Source: Candidatus Hydrogenedentales bacterium (GTDB lineage Bacteria; Hydrogenedentota; Hydrogenedentia; Hydrogenedentales; CAITNO01). Taken from it: a stretch of DNA of 59,770 nt. Positions 18,700 to 27,755 of the stretch are shown piece by piece (the first letter of the stretch is position 1; every line of letters begins with the position of its first letter). The notes below the pieces were generated by a model, which was not told where the DNA came from, did not search any database, and worked only from the letters and a program-made list of their open reading frames with translations. The stretch is taken from the NCBI GenBank assembly GCA_041859375.1, contig JBHEKP010000286.1:1-59770 (forward strand). The letters are read 5' to 3'. A program made the position numbers and the translations under genes.

Positions 18700-19305
18700 A
18701 TGTTTTCATTTTTACGGGGAATAGTGGCCCGCAAGGGCCTGCAAAGCATCGCCTTGGATGTGGGCGGAGTCGGTTTTGAGGTGTTTGTGCCCGATTCAAC
18801 CCACAGGCGGCTGGCGCAAAACCAGGAGGCCGTCCTGCTGACTCACTGCCACATCCGGGAGGACGCCTTTCAGATATTTGGCTTTATCAGGGAGGAGGAA
18901 AAGGCGCTCTTTGAACTGCTTCTGGGAATTTCAGGGGTGGGTCCGAAGGTGGCGCTTTCCGTGGTGTCGGCCCTTCCCCCGGCGCAGTTCGCCGCCGCAA
19001 TCCAAAACAACGACATCACGGCGGTGACAAAAGCCCAGGGGGTGGGCAAGAAACTGGCGCAGCGCATTGTGCTTGAGGCCAAGGTGAAGCTGGGGCAGAC
19101 ACCGGAACTCAGCGCCATACTCGGGGATGAGCCCCAGAAGGGGGCCTCCATGGACGGGGATGACGCCTACGAGGCGCTTCTCAGCCTGGGATGCACCCAG
19201 CAGGAGGCGCGGCGGGCGGTGACGGAGGCGCGTGCGGGACTGGACGCCGGCGCGCCGGACGAGGAAGTGGTGCGTGTCGCGCTCCGCTCGCTTGCAAGGA
19301 AATGA
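18700..19305 (+). CDS. ruvA: Holliday junction branch-migration complex subunit RuvA
   Basis: MFSFLRGIV...GVGFEVFVP, helix-hairpin-helix [13 protein letters not shown], 201 aa, directly upstream of ruvB. Confidence 0.92.
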   Translation: MFSFLRGIVARKGLQSIALDVGGVGFEVFVPDSTHRRLAQNQEAVLLTHCHIREDAFQIFGFIREEEKALFELLLGISGVGPKVALSVVSALPPAQFAAAIQNNDITAVTKAQGVGKKLAQRIVLEAKVKLGQTPELSAILGDEPQKGASMDGDDAYEALLSLGCTQQEARRAVTEARAGLDAGAPDEEVVRVALRSLARK

Positions 19306-20333
19306 CGGACATGGCCAACGATGACATACTGAATCCCGGCAGGGTTGAGGATGACTCCCGCTATGACGAGGAAATCCGCCCGCAGCGGCTGGATGACTTT
19401 CCCGGACAGGAGCCCATCAAGGAAAAACTGCGGATAGCCATCCAGGCCGCCAAAAACAGGAAGGAGCCGCTGGACCACCTGCTGCTCAGCGGCCCGCCCG
19501 GCCTGGGCAAAACAACGCTTGCGCGCATTTTGGCGAATGAAATGGGCGTGGATATCAAACAGACTTCGGGGCCGGTGATAGAAAGGCAGGCGGACCTTTC
19601 CGCGATACTCACCAGCCTTGAGGAGCATGATGTGCTGTTCATTGACGAAATCCACCGGCTCAACCATGCCGTTGAGGAGACGCTTTACTCCGCGATGGAG
19701 GATTTCGAGGTGGACATCATGCTGGGCAAGGGGCCGACCGCCCGGTCCATGAAGATTGGGTTGAAACCCTTCACCCTCATCGGCGCCACCACCCGCTCCG
19801 GCCTGCTTACCCCCCCCCTGCGCGCGCGGTTCGGGGACGTGTGCCGTTTCGAGCTTTACTCGCCGGAGGAGCTTGAATGCATCATCGCGCGGTCGGCGCG
19901 CATTCTGAACGTGCCCACGACCCCGGAGGGGGCCTTGGAAATCGCCGCGCGGTCGCGGGGCACCGCGCGCGTGGCAAACCGGCTGCTGCGGCGCGTGCGC
20001 GATTACGCCCAGGTGAAGGGTGAGGGGGCAATCACCCTGGGGATGGCCGAGGCGGCTTTGAAGCTGCTGCGGATTGACGAACTCGGCCTGGACGACATGG
20101 ACCGGATGATCGTGCGCACCCTGCTGGAAAAGTTTGCGGGGGGCCCCGTGGGGCTGGCGTCGCTGGCGGTGGCGGTGGGCGAGGAGAAACAAACCCTTGA
20201 GGAGGTGCACGAGCCCTACCTCATCCAGATAGGCTTCATGAAGCGCACCCCCGGCGGCCGCATGGCCACCCCCCTCGCCTACAGGCATTTTGGCATGGAA
20301 CCGCCGAAGTCCGGGGACGGTTACCTTTTTTAG
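19302..20333 (+). CDS. ruvB: Holliday junction DNA helicase RuvB
   Basis: [22 protein letters not shown]. Start at ATG 19302 (MTDMAND...) forms an ATGA overlap with the ruvA stop. The track ORF start at 19191 overlaps ruvA out of frame. Confidence 0.95.
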   Translation: MTDMANDDILNPGRVEDDSRYDEEIRPQRLDDFPGQEPIKEKLRIAIQAAKNRKEPLDHLLLSGPPGLGKTTLARILANEMGVDIKQTSGPVIERQADLSAILTSLEEHDVLFIDEIHRLNHAVEETLYSAMEDFEVDIMLGKGPTARSMKIGLKPFTLIGATTRSGLLTPPLRARFGDVCRFELYSPEELECIIARSARILNVPTTPEGALEIAARSRGTARVANRLLRRVRDYAQVKGEGAITLGMAEAALKLLRIDELGLDDMDRMIVRTLLEKFAGGPVGLASLAVAVGEEKQTLEEVHEPYLIQIGFMKRTPGGRMATPLAYRHFGMEPPKSGDGYLF

Positions 20334-20336
20334 GGG

Positions 20337-20930
20337 TCAGCTCGGCCTGAGCGTGGACGTGCGCAGATCCTTGGGCAGGTGCGACCAGTCATTATGGCAC
20401 AGGACCGCCATGTCGCCCTCGGGCTGCACCAGTATCTGGGTGATTCCACAGTTGCAGATGTCCATGCGCATCCAGCTGTCCACTTCGGCCTTGAGCACCA
20501 TGGTCACGAAATAGCGGATCAGGTTGCCGTGGCACACAATCACGTCATGCTTGTCGCCGCGCTTGGCGATCTTGCAGTACTTGCGGAAGGCAATCTCGGC
20601 GCGCTGCCGGTCCTGCGCCACCTGCTGGCTGGTGTAGTTCGGCATTTCAATCTGAAGTTTGGCGGTCATGGAGGGGATGCATTCCCACAGGAGATCCGTT
20701 GGCTGGATTACGAGGCCCGGTATCTCCTTCGCGATGATCCGCGCGGTCTCGTCCGCCCGGTTCAGCGAGCTGCAATGTATGGAGGACACGGGCTTCTGGG
20801 CGAGAATCTTGCCCGTCAACTCGGCCTGTTTCACTCCGAGCGGGGTTAACCCCCCGCCGAGTTCGGAACCCGTGGGGTTATCCTGATCATGATAGGCATG
20901 GCGCACCAGGTACAAGACGCGAACCGACAT
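20337..20930 (-). CDS. Histidine phosphatase superfamily (phosphoglycerate-mutase-like) protein
   Basis: VLYLVRHAYHD (an RHG-type motif) and VCHGNLIRYF. Start moved to ATG 20930 (MSVRVLY...). Confidence 0.75.
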   Translation of the reverse strand: MSVRVLYLVRHAYHDQDNPTGSELGGGLTPLGVKQAELTGKILAQKPVSSIHCSSLNRADETARIIAKEIPGLVIQPTDLLWECIPSMTAKLQIEMPNYTSQQVAQDRQRAEIAFRKYCKIAKRGDKHDVIVCHGNLIRYFVTMVLKAEVDSWMRMDICNCGITQILVQPEGDMAVLCHNDWSHLPKDLRTSTLRPS

Positions 20931-21144
20931 GGCCTTTACATCTCCCGCCGTTTCCCATAACAACACACCCGGGGGGGCAGCCGCCCCGGGCGCACATCTT
21001 ACCGGACCATGTTGATATACCACAACCGCCGCCGCCGCGTCCAGAATCTTTTTTCTCCCCTCCGGCCGCCCGGCAAAAACACCCCGCAACTTTTTTGACT
21101 ATCCGGTGAAAGTTGATTACTCTTTTTCCGACTGGCTTTCGGTA

Positions 21145-21160
21145 AAAGGCGCGCGCCTTT
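21145..21160. promoter_or_regulatory. Perfect 16-bp palindrome AAAGGCGCGCGCCTTT upstream of the oxidoreductase operon
   Basis: Read directly from the sequence. It lies about 70 nt upstream of ATG 21228 in a 300-bp intergenic region. Confidence 0.25.
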
Positions 21161-21227
21161 CACGCCGAAGGGTAGGCGGAACGGCGCCGAATGCACCATG
21201 GCGGCCCCAACAACAGGAGGGAGACTT

Positions 21228-22391
21228 ATGGCAAAGAAGACGGTGAATGTTGCGATGATTGGCGCCCAGTTCATGGGCAGGGCCCACAGCAACGGCTGGC
21301 GCCAGGTGGCGGCGGTCTTTGACTCGGCCCACACGCCCGTGATGAAGGTCATGTGCGGCGCCCCCGGCGAGGACCTTTCCGCGGCCCATAAATGGGGCTG
21401 GCAGGAAACCTCCCACGACTGGAAAGAGGTGGTCAACCGCAAGGACATCGACGTGATTGACATCTGCACGCCGAATTTCCTGCACCCCGCGATGGCCATC
21501 GAGGCCGCCAAGGCCGGAAAGCACATCGTGTGCGAAAAGCCCCTGTCGAACACGCTCAAGGAGGGCGAGGAGATGCTGGCGGCCGTCAAGAAGGCGGGCA
21601 TCAAGCACATGTGCGGCTTCTCCTACCGCTTTGCCCCGGCCGTGCAGAGCATCAAGAAAATGCTGGAAAAGAAGGCCCTCGGGCACATCTTCCACTTCCG
21701 CGCGGCCTACCAGCAGGACTGGATTGTGGACCCCGACTTTCCGATGGTTTGGCGCCTGAAGAAGAAAAATACCGGCTCCGGCGCGCTGGGCGACATCGGT
21801 GCGCACATCACCGACCTCTGCCATTTCCTGGTCGGCGACGTCTGCGAGGTCGCCTCCGCGATGGAGACCTTCATCAAGAAGCGCAAGATCAGCTCCAGCA
21901 ATGTGGGCGGCATTTCCGGAAACAAGGGCAAGGAAACCGGCAAGTTCGACACGGTTGACGTGGACGACGCCGCCGTGTACATCGCCCGCCTCAAGGGCAC
22001 CGACACGCTGGCCACCTTCGAGGCGACCCGCTTCGCCCCCGGACGCCGCAACTACAACTGCATCGAGATTTACGGCAGCGAGGGTTCGGTCCTCTGGAAC
22101 CAGGAGGACATGAACGAGTTCCACTACTTCAGCCGCAAGGATCCCGGCAACCTTCAGGGCTTCCGCAAGGTCCAGGCCTGCGATCCCGGCCATCCCTATG
22201 TCGCAAACTGGTGGCCGCCTGGACACACCATCGGCTACGAGCACCTCTTTGTCCACGAGATGCACGAATTCCTCAACGGCCTTGGCAAGAAGCAGGGCGC
22301 GTACCCCACGTTCGAGGACGCCGTGAAGTGCCAGCGCGTGCTTGAGGCCGTCGAGAAGGCCGCGGGCACCAAGAAGTGGGAAAAGGTCTGA
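21228..22391 (+). CDS. Gfo/Idh/MocA family NAD(P)-dependent oxidoreductase
   Basis: N-terminal Rossmann VNVAMIGAQFMGRAH and VCEKPL motif. ATG 21228 is preceded by GGAGGGAG. Confidence 0.88.
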   Translation: MAKKTVNVAMIGAQFMGRAHSNGWRQVAAVFDSAHTPVMKVMCGAPGEDLSAAHKWGWQETSHDWKEVVNRKDIDVIDICTPNFLHPAMAIEAAKAGKHIVCEKPLSNTLKEGEEMLAAVKKAGIKHMCGFSYRFAPAVQSIKKMLEKKALGHIFHFRAAYQQDWIVDPDFPMVWRLKKKNTGSGALGDIGAHITDLCHFLVGDVCEVASAMETFIKKRKISSSNVGGISGNKGKETGKFDTVDVDDAAVYIARLKGTDTLATFEATRFAPGRRNYNCIEIYGSEGSVLWNQEDMNEFHYFSRKDPGNLQGFRKVQACDPGHPYVANWWPPGHTIGYEHLFVHEMHEFLNGLGKKQGAYPTFEDAVKCQRVLEAVEKAAGTKKWEKV

Positions 22392-22403
22392 GAAAACACA
22401 ACA

Positions 22404-22434
22404 CCGCGGCGTCGGCGCGAGTCCGGCGCCGCGG
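22404..22434 (+). other. Intercistronic GC hairpin (12-bp stem including one G-U pair, 7-nt loop), no U-tract
   Basis: CCGCGGCGTCGG cgcgagt CCGGCGCCGCGG, between the oxidoreductase stop and the isomerase start. Confidence 0.4.
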
Positions 22435-22457
22435 CATACCATCAAGGGAGAATCAGC

Positions 22458-23420
22458 ATGAAACTCGGTCTACTCACGGCAATGTTCGGCGACAAGCCCC
22501 TCAAGGAGGTGCTTGACATCATCCGTCCGCTGAAGGTGCAGACGGTGGAGCTGGGCACGGGCAACTACCCCGGCGACCCCCACTGTCCGCGCAAGGAACT
22601 GCTTGCCTCCAAGCCCAAGCGCGCGGAACTTCTGGCCATGCTCAAGGGCGAGGGGCTGGAAATCAGCGCCCTGAGCTGCCACGGCAACCCCATCCACCCC
22701 GATCCCGCCTTTGCCAAGGCCAACGCGGAGGTGGAGAAGGAAACCATCCTTCTGGCGGAAATGCTCGGTGTGAAGGTGGTCAACGGCTTCTCAGGCTGCC
22801 CCGGCTCTGATCCCAAGGCCACCAAGCCGAACTGGGTCACCTGCGCCTGGCCGCCCGACTATCTTGAGATTCTGGACTACCAGTGGAACCAGGTGGTGTT
22901 CCCCTACTGGACCAAACAGGCCAAGTTCCTCAAGGACCATGGCGTCAAGTTCGGCTTTGAGATGCACCCCGGTTTTGTGGTCTACAACCCCGAGACGCTG
23001 CTCAAACTGCGCAAGGAATGCGGCAACAGCCTTGGCGCGAACTTCGATCCCAGCCACCTGTTCTGGCAGGGCATGGAGCCGTGTGAGTGCGTGAAGGCCC
23101 TCAAAGGCGCCATCTACCATGTCCACGCCAAGGACTCCATCGTCCACCAGACCAACGCCGCGGTCAACGGCGTCAACGACGCCAAGTCCTACGGCGACGA
23201 AATCAACCGGTCCTGGATCTTCCGCACCTGCGGTTACGGCCACGACCAGAAGTGGTGGAATGACTTCTTCTCCACCCTGCGCATGGTTGGGTATGACGGC
23301 GCCATCAGCATCGAGCACGAGGACAGCCTCATGTCGAGCCGGGAAGGCCTCACCAAGGCGGTCAACTTCCTGCGCCAGTCGGTCATTTTCGAGAAGCCCA
23401 CGGCGATGACCTGGGCCTGA
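22458..23420 (+). CDS. Xylose-isomerase-like TIM-barrel protein (sugar phosphate isomerase/epimerase family)
   Basis: 320 aa with family-typical blocks VELGTGNYPG, FGFEMHPG, and HVHAKD...ISIEHED. Confidence 0.82.
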   Translation: MKLGLLTAMFGDKPLKEVLDIIRPLKVQTVELGTGNYPGDPHCPRKELLASKPKRAELLAMLKGEGLEISALSCHGNPIHPDPAFAKANAEVEKETILLAEMLGVKVVNGFSGCPGSDPKATKPNWVTCAWPPDYLEILDYQWNQVVFPYWTKQAKFLKDHGVKFGFEMHPGFVVYNPETLLKLRKECGNSLGANFDPSHLFWQGMEPCECVKALKGAIYHVHAKDSIVHQTNAAVNGVNDAKSYGDEINRSWIFRTCGYGHDQKWWNDFFSTLRMVGYDGAISIEHEDSLMSSREGLTKAVNFLRQSVIFEKPTAMTWA

Positions 23421-23437
23421 TTTTCCAGCGTTCATTT

Positions 23438-23480
23438 CACCGGGGCCGGGCCGAAAGGTTTCGGCCCCGGTGCTTTTTTG
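23438..23480 (+). terminator. Rho-independent terminator
   Basis: CACCGGGGCCG ... CGGCCCCGGTG stem (23438..23448 paired with 23462..23472) followed by CTTTTTTGG. Confidence 0.65.
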
Positions 23481-23489
23481 GAGGCAAAG

Positions 23490-24971
23490 ATGCCAAAAAA
23501 CGTTCTTTGGATTGTGTCAGACGAATTTCGCCCGGACTGTCTGGCGGGGCGTTTCGCGGAGTATGTGAAGACGCCCAACCTGGACGCGCTGGCCGCGCAG
23601 GGCACCCTGTTTGAAAGGTGCTACTGCCAGGCGTCCCCCTGCGCGCCGAGCCGCATGTCCATGCACACGGGCCGGTACATGTGCTCCACGGGCGCGGTGG
23701 ACAACATGACGCCGCTTGCGGAGCCGGAGGACAACCTCGCCATGTGGCTCAGGCGGCACGGCCGCACGGCGGGCATTGCCGGGTACAACGACTATGCCAT
23801 GGATCCCGCGCTTTTGCCCGGAGACCATCCGCACCGGAGCAGCCTTTGCTACGATTATTTCCTTCCCGGTTATGAGGTGGTGCTGGATCATGAATATGAT
23901 TCCCCCGAATGGTTTGAATACTTGAAACGCAGGGGATATCCGGAGGAATGGTGCAACCGGGAGGAGATGCAGGCGACCCGTGTGCCGCCTGGGGGGCTGA
24001 ACGGCCATCTCCCCTGTCATTTCCCGGCCCGTTACCGGGCGGAGGACAGCGAGGCCGCCTTTCTCACCGGCAGGGCGGTGGAATACATCGAAAAGAACGC
24101 CGGGCAGGGTTGGTTTCTAAACCTGAACTACATCAAGCCCCATCCCCCATACATCTCCCCCGCCCCCTATCACGCCATGTATCCGCCTGAAACAGTCCCC
24201 GCCCCCCTGCGCGATCCGGGCGAATATGACGACCCGCACCCCTATTTTAAGGCGCTGAGGGATGACTTCTCGAAAAGGCAGTTTGCGGAGGAGACTGTCT
24301 GGAGGGAGATTCGGGCCTGTTATTTCGGCATGGTGGCGGAAATTGACCACTGTGTCGGGATGCTCGTGGAGTCGCTCAAGCGCACAGGACAGTGGGGTGA
24401 CACCATGGTCATTTTTGGCGCGGACCATGGAACCTGCCTGGGCGATCATTTCCTGACGGGCAAGCCCCATTTTTATGAACAGTCCGTGCGCGTGCCCCTG
24501 ATTGTGCGTGTGCCGGATCTCCATGACGCCGGCGCGGCACCTTCGCGGGTGGATTGCATTGTGGAGAATGTCGACTTGGCCCCCACCATCTGCGAACACC
24601 TGGGGCTGCCTGCCATGCCCCGCGCGCAGGGACTGAGTCTGCTGCCCGTTTTGCGGGGAGCCTTCCCGGCAAAAAACCGGGCGGTATTTGAATTTTATTA
24701 TCATAACTTTTTGAGGTAGACGGGGAACGCGCATCCGGCGGAGTGCCGTCTCTGGATGCTTCGCAATGAAAAATTCAAATATGTGCAGTTTGGCCAGGGG
24801 CATCTCCCCCCCATGCTGTTTGACTTGGAGGATGACCCCGGGGAAACCCGGAATCTTGCGGAGTCACCCCAATATGCGGGCGTGGTGGCGGAATGTTGCC
24901 AGGAACTCCTGCGCTGGCGCATCCGGAATGAGGATCTGCGCATGGAGGAATGGGCGCGGCAGTACAGGTAA
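23490..24971 (+). pseudogene. Formylglycine-type sulfatase interrupted by one in-frame TAG (24717..24719)
   Basis: N-terminal VLWIVSDEFRPD and the CAPSR formylglycine motif. ORF 23478..24719 and ORF 24756..24971 are in the same frame. The 36 nt between them also read as sulfatase-like sequence (TGNAHPAECRLW), and the tail contains the typical LFDLEDDPGETRNL. Confidence 0.7.
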
Positions 24972-24976
24972 ATGAA

Positions 24977-25017
24977 AACGCCCCCGCCATGAACAAGTGG
25001 CGGGAGCGTTTGTGTGT
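24977..25017. terminator. Hairpin between convergent genes (candidate bidirectional terminator)
   Basis: AACGCCCCCGCCA tgaacaag TGGCGGGAGCGTT (13-bp stem, 1 mismatch) followed by TGTGTGT. Confidence 0.45.
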
Positions 25018-25027
25018 CAGGAATGAG

Positions 25028-25912
25028 TTATTTGGAGAGTTCCTGGGCGAACTTTTCGAAGTTCTTCACGCATTCGGCGATCTCCGGCAGCGAGTTGTCC
25101 CAGTTGTGCTCGTATTCGATGGAGAAGACGCCCTTCACGTTCTTTTCCTTCAGCAGCGCCATGATGTCCTTCACATTGCAGACGCCGGTGCCCCAGGGAA
25201 CGTCATGGGCTTTGGGGTTGCCGAATTCATTGAGATCCTTGAAGTGGAAGGAGATGATGCGGTTTGCGTCGGCCAGCGCCTTCACCGCGTCAAGGGAGAC
25301 AATTCCGGACCGGGGATAGTGGCCGGTGTCCACGCAGGCGCCCATGCGCGCGTCGCGCCCCTCAAGCGCCTCGATGGTGCGCTTGTAGTCCCAGTAAAGG
25401 GAGGGCTTGGGGTGGTTGTGGATGGCCATGGAGATGCCGTACTCCTTGACCAGCTTCTCCACGGTGTCCATGGCAACCTTGGCGGGCTCGGAGACGATGG
25501 TCTCAAGGCCCATCGCCTTGGCGAACTCGAAGACCTTGCGGGACTCGGCCTCTTCCTTGGGGAGGCCAACCACGCCGTAGTTGACGATTTTCACGTTTTT
25601 GGACGCGCAATAGGCCAGGACTTCCTTCTGGAGTTCCGGGCTCATGTTGTGGTCAAACACCACATCCTCGGCCTTGTCCTTGCTCAGCCGCTGTCCCGGA
25701 TAGGCTTCGATGAAGTGAAGGCCGACCGCGGCGGTCTTGTCCACCGCCTCATAGAAGGTGAAGCGGTTGAAGCTGTAGGCCTGGCAGGCCACGCGCCAGC
25801 CCATGGCCTCCGCTGTGGGGGCCCCGTCGGCCAGTTTGTCCTGCCCCTGCGCCGGGGTCATGGAAAGGGCGGTCATTGTTCCCAGAAGTGTCGCCATCAT
25901 CAGTTTGGACAT
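25028..25912 (-). CDS. Exported xylose-isomerase-like TIM-barrel protein
   Basis: Signal-like MSKLMMATLLGTMTALSMTPAQGQ, then ACQAYSFNRFTFYEAVDK, and later HFKDL and SIEYEH blocks typical of the family. Confidence 0.8.
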   Translation of the reverse strand: MSKLMMATLLGTMTALSMTPAQGQDKLADGAPTAEAMGWRVACQAYSFNRFTFYEAVDKTAAVGLHFIEAYPGQRLSKDKAEDVVFDHNMSPELQKEVLAYCASKNVKIVNYGVVGLPKEEAESRKVFEFAKAMGLETIVSEPAKVAMDTVEKLVKEYGISMAIHNHPKPSLYWDYKRTIEALEGRDARMGACVDTGHYPRSGIVSLDAVKALADANRIISFHFKDLNEFGNPKAHDVPWGTGVCNVKDIMALLKEKNVKGVFSIEYEHNWDNSLPEIAECVKNFEKFAQELSK

Positions 25913-26136
25913 GCTTGGCAGCCTTTCGTTTGGTTTCCGGCGGAGCGCGCCGGGATGCCTGTGGAATTTTCACTTTCGCACACGGGGATATCATAAACAA
26001 TGCGCCGGGTGAAAAAAAAACAGGCGACCGCGATTAGATTTCCGGCCGGTATTTCATTATCATGTCGCCCCGTCACTGGTGCGCCCCGCCCTGCGGGCGC
26101 CGAAACCGCCAAACATGCGAATCAAGGAGGTTACCC

Positions 26137-27204
26137 ATGCCCAAGGTGAAGAAGGTACTGAATGTGGGAATTATCGGCTCCGGCGCCATCGCGCGCGAAC
26201 AGCACCTCCCCTATTGGCGCGAGCTGGAGGAGGAGGGGCGCGTGAAAATCGTCGGCGTGTGCGATCTTGTGAAGGAGCGCCGCGAGACGGAGGCGGCGAA
26301 ATGCCGGGGGGCGAAACCCTACGCCGACTACCGAAAAATGCTCCATGAGAACGAGTTTGACGTGATTGACGTCTGCACCCAGAACCGGGTGCACGCCCCG
26401 GCCACCATCGCGGGTCTCCAGGCGGGCGCGAATGTGCTGGTGGAAAAGCCCATGGCGATGAACCAAAAGGAATGCATGGCCATGATTGCCGCCCAAAAGA
26501 AGGCCGGCAAAAAGCTGATGGTCGCGCAGCACATGCGCTTTGAGGAGCGCGCCCAGAAGATGAAGGAAGTCATCATGAGCGGCGCATGCGGTGAGATTTA
26601 CACCGCGGAGACCAAGTGGCTCCGCCGCAGGGGCATTCCCGGATGGGGCATGTTCCACATCGCCAAGGAGTCGCTCGGCGGACCGCTCATTGACATCGGT
26701 GTGCATATGATGGACCTGTGCGTGTGGCTCATGGGATGCCCGAAGCCCGTGGCGGTTTCCGGCAAGGTTTACCGCAAATTCGGCGATCGCGAGGATCTGT
26801 TCAACGCAGACTGGGGCACCCCCTACCCCCCGAAACAGTTTGATGTTGAGGACTACGCCACCGCCTTTGTCCGCTTTGAGAAAGGCATCACCATGCAGGT
26901 GCAGGTTTCCTGGGCGGCCAACGTCCACGATGAGATCGAAAACCTGTACGTGCTGGGTGATAAGGGCGGCGTGGGCACCAACCCGCTGGGTTATTTCAGC
27001 GCCGACCACAACTCGCTGACCCACAGCACCTGGGACTGGCTCTCGACCGAGGACGGGCACCGCCGCGAGGTCCGCCATTTCTGCGAGTGCGTGGAAAAGA
27101 ACAAGCCGGTCATGGTGAAACCCGAGGAGTCCCTCCGCATCCAGAAGATTATTGACGCCATTTACGAGTCGTCAAGGAAGAACAGGGAAATCACGATTAA
27201 ATAG
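26137..27204 (+). CDS. Gfo/Idh/MocA family oxidoreductase
   Basis: LNVGIIGSGAIAREQH and VEKPMA motifs. ATG 26137 is preceded by AAGGAGG. The track ORF starts at 26062. Confidence 0.88.
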   Translation: MPKVKKVLNVGIIGSGAIAREQHLPYWRELEEEGRVKIVGVCDLVKERRETEAAKCRGAKPYADYRKMLHENEFDVIDVCTQNRVHAPATIAGLQAGANVLVEKPMAMNQKECMAMIAAQKKAGKKLMVAQHMRFEERAQKMKEVIMSGACGEIYTAETKWLRRRGIPGWGMFHIAKESLGGPLIDIGVHMMDLCVWLMGCPKPVAVSGKVYRKFGDREDLFNADWGTPYPPKQFDVEDYATAFVRFEKGITMQVQVSWAANVHDEIENLYVLGDKGGVGTNPLGYFSADHNSLTHSTWDWLSTEDGHRREVRHFCECVEKNKPVMVKPEESLRIQKIIDAIYESSRKNREITIK

Positions 27205-27218
27205 CACTGCGCTTTCAG

Positions 27219-27253
27219 GAAAAGGCCGGCGTTCAGCGCGCCGGTCTTTTTTT
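27219..27253. terminator. Bidirectional rho-independent terminator between convergent genes
   Basis: GAAAAGGCCGGCG ttcagcg CGCCGGTCTTTTTTT: a GC stem flanked by an A-run on one side and a T-run on the other. Confidence 0.6.
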
Positions 27254-27614
27254 ATGCGCATCCGGCGCGGGAGAGCAGCTCACGCAGGGCGAATACGTCA
27301 ATTTCACGGGGAACCACCCCCGCAAGGGCGTACTTTTCCACCTTTCGGGGATCGATTTCATTGCTTGTGATGATGAAAATCGGCAGTTTTTTGTCCACAA
27401 GCGGGGTTCCACGCAGGGCGGCGCAGCATTCAAAGAGATTGATAACCCCGATGGCCGAGTCCAGAAAGACCGCACCGGCGGGTTCCGCCTCAGCCTCGTG
27501 TATAACTTCAAGGCCGTTGAGCGCCCAGACAGTTTCCAAACCCAGGCTTTCCAGGGTGGCGGACACCGCCTGGTAAAGCCCGTAATCATCGGTGCCTATC
27601 AGCATTTTTCCCAT
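27252..27614 (-). CDS. Atypical stand-alone receiver-domain protein
   Basis: 120 aa. MLIGTDD, Asp in AVFLDSA, IFIITSNE, but no recognisable conserved Lys-Pro. AGGAGG lies 9 nt upstream of the ATG. Confidence 0.65.
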   Translation of the reverse strand: MGKMLIGTDDYGLYQAVSATLESLGLETVWALNGLEVIHEAEAEPAGAVFLDSAIGVINLFECCAALRGTPLVDKKLPIFIITSNEIDPRKVEKYALAGVVPREIDVFALRELLSRAGCA

Positions 27615-27755
27615 GGGAAAGCGCCTCCTTTGCAGCCGCTAAACGTCCATAAGCATAACACGGCCGGGTCCGGGAGTGAATTTCAGGAACTTGGGCGGTG
27701 ATTCGGTGTTCAATCCGGCGAGGGTCGTGAACCAGTGAAACAAAGGAGACCGAAG

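Noticed and set aside
24717-24719. Pyrrolysine or genome-wide TAG recoding as the explanation for the sulfatase in-frame TAG
   Set aside because: TAG terminates other well-defined genes in the window (ruvB, the 15375 gene and the 26137 oxidoreductase). No pyl genes are visible. A nonsense mutation or a sequence error is simpler.
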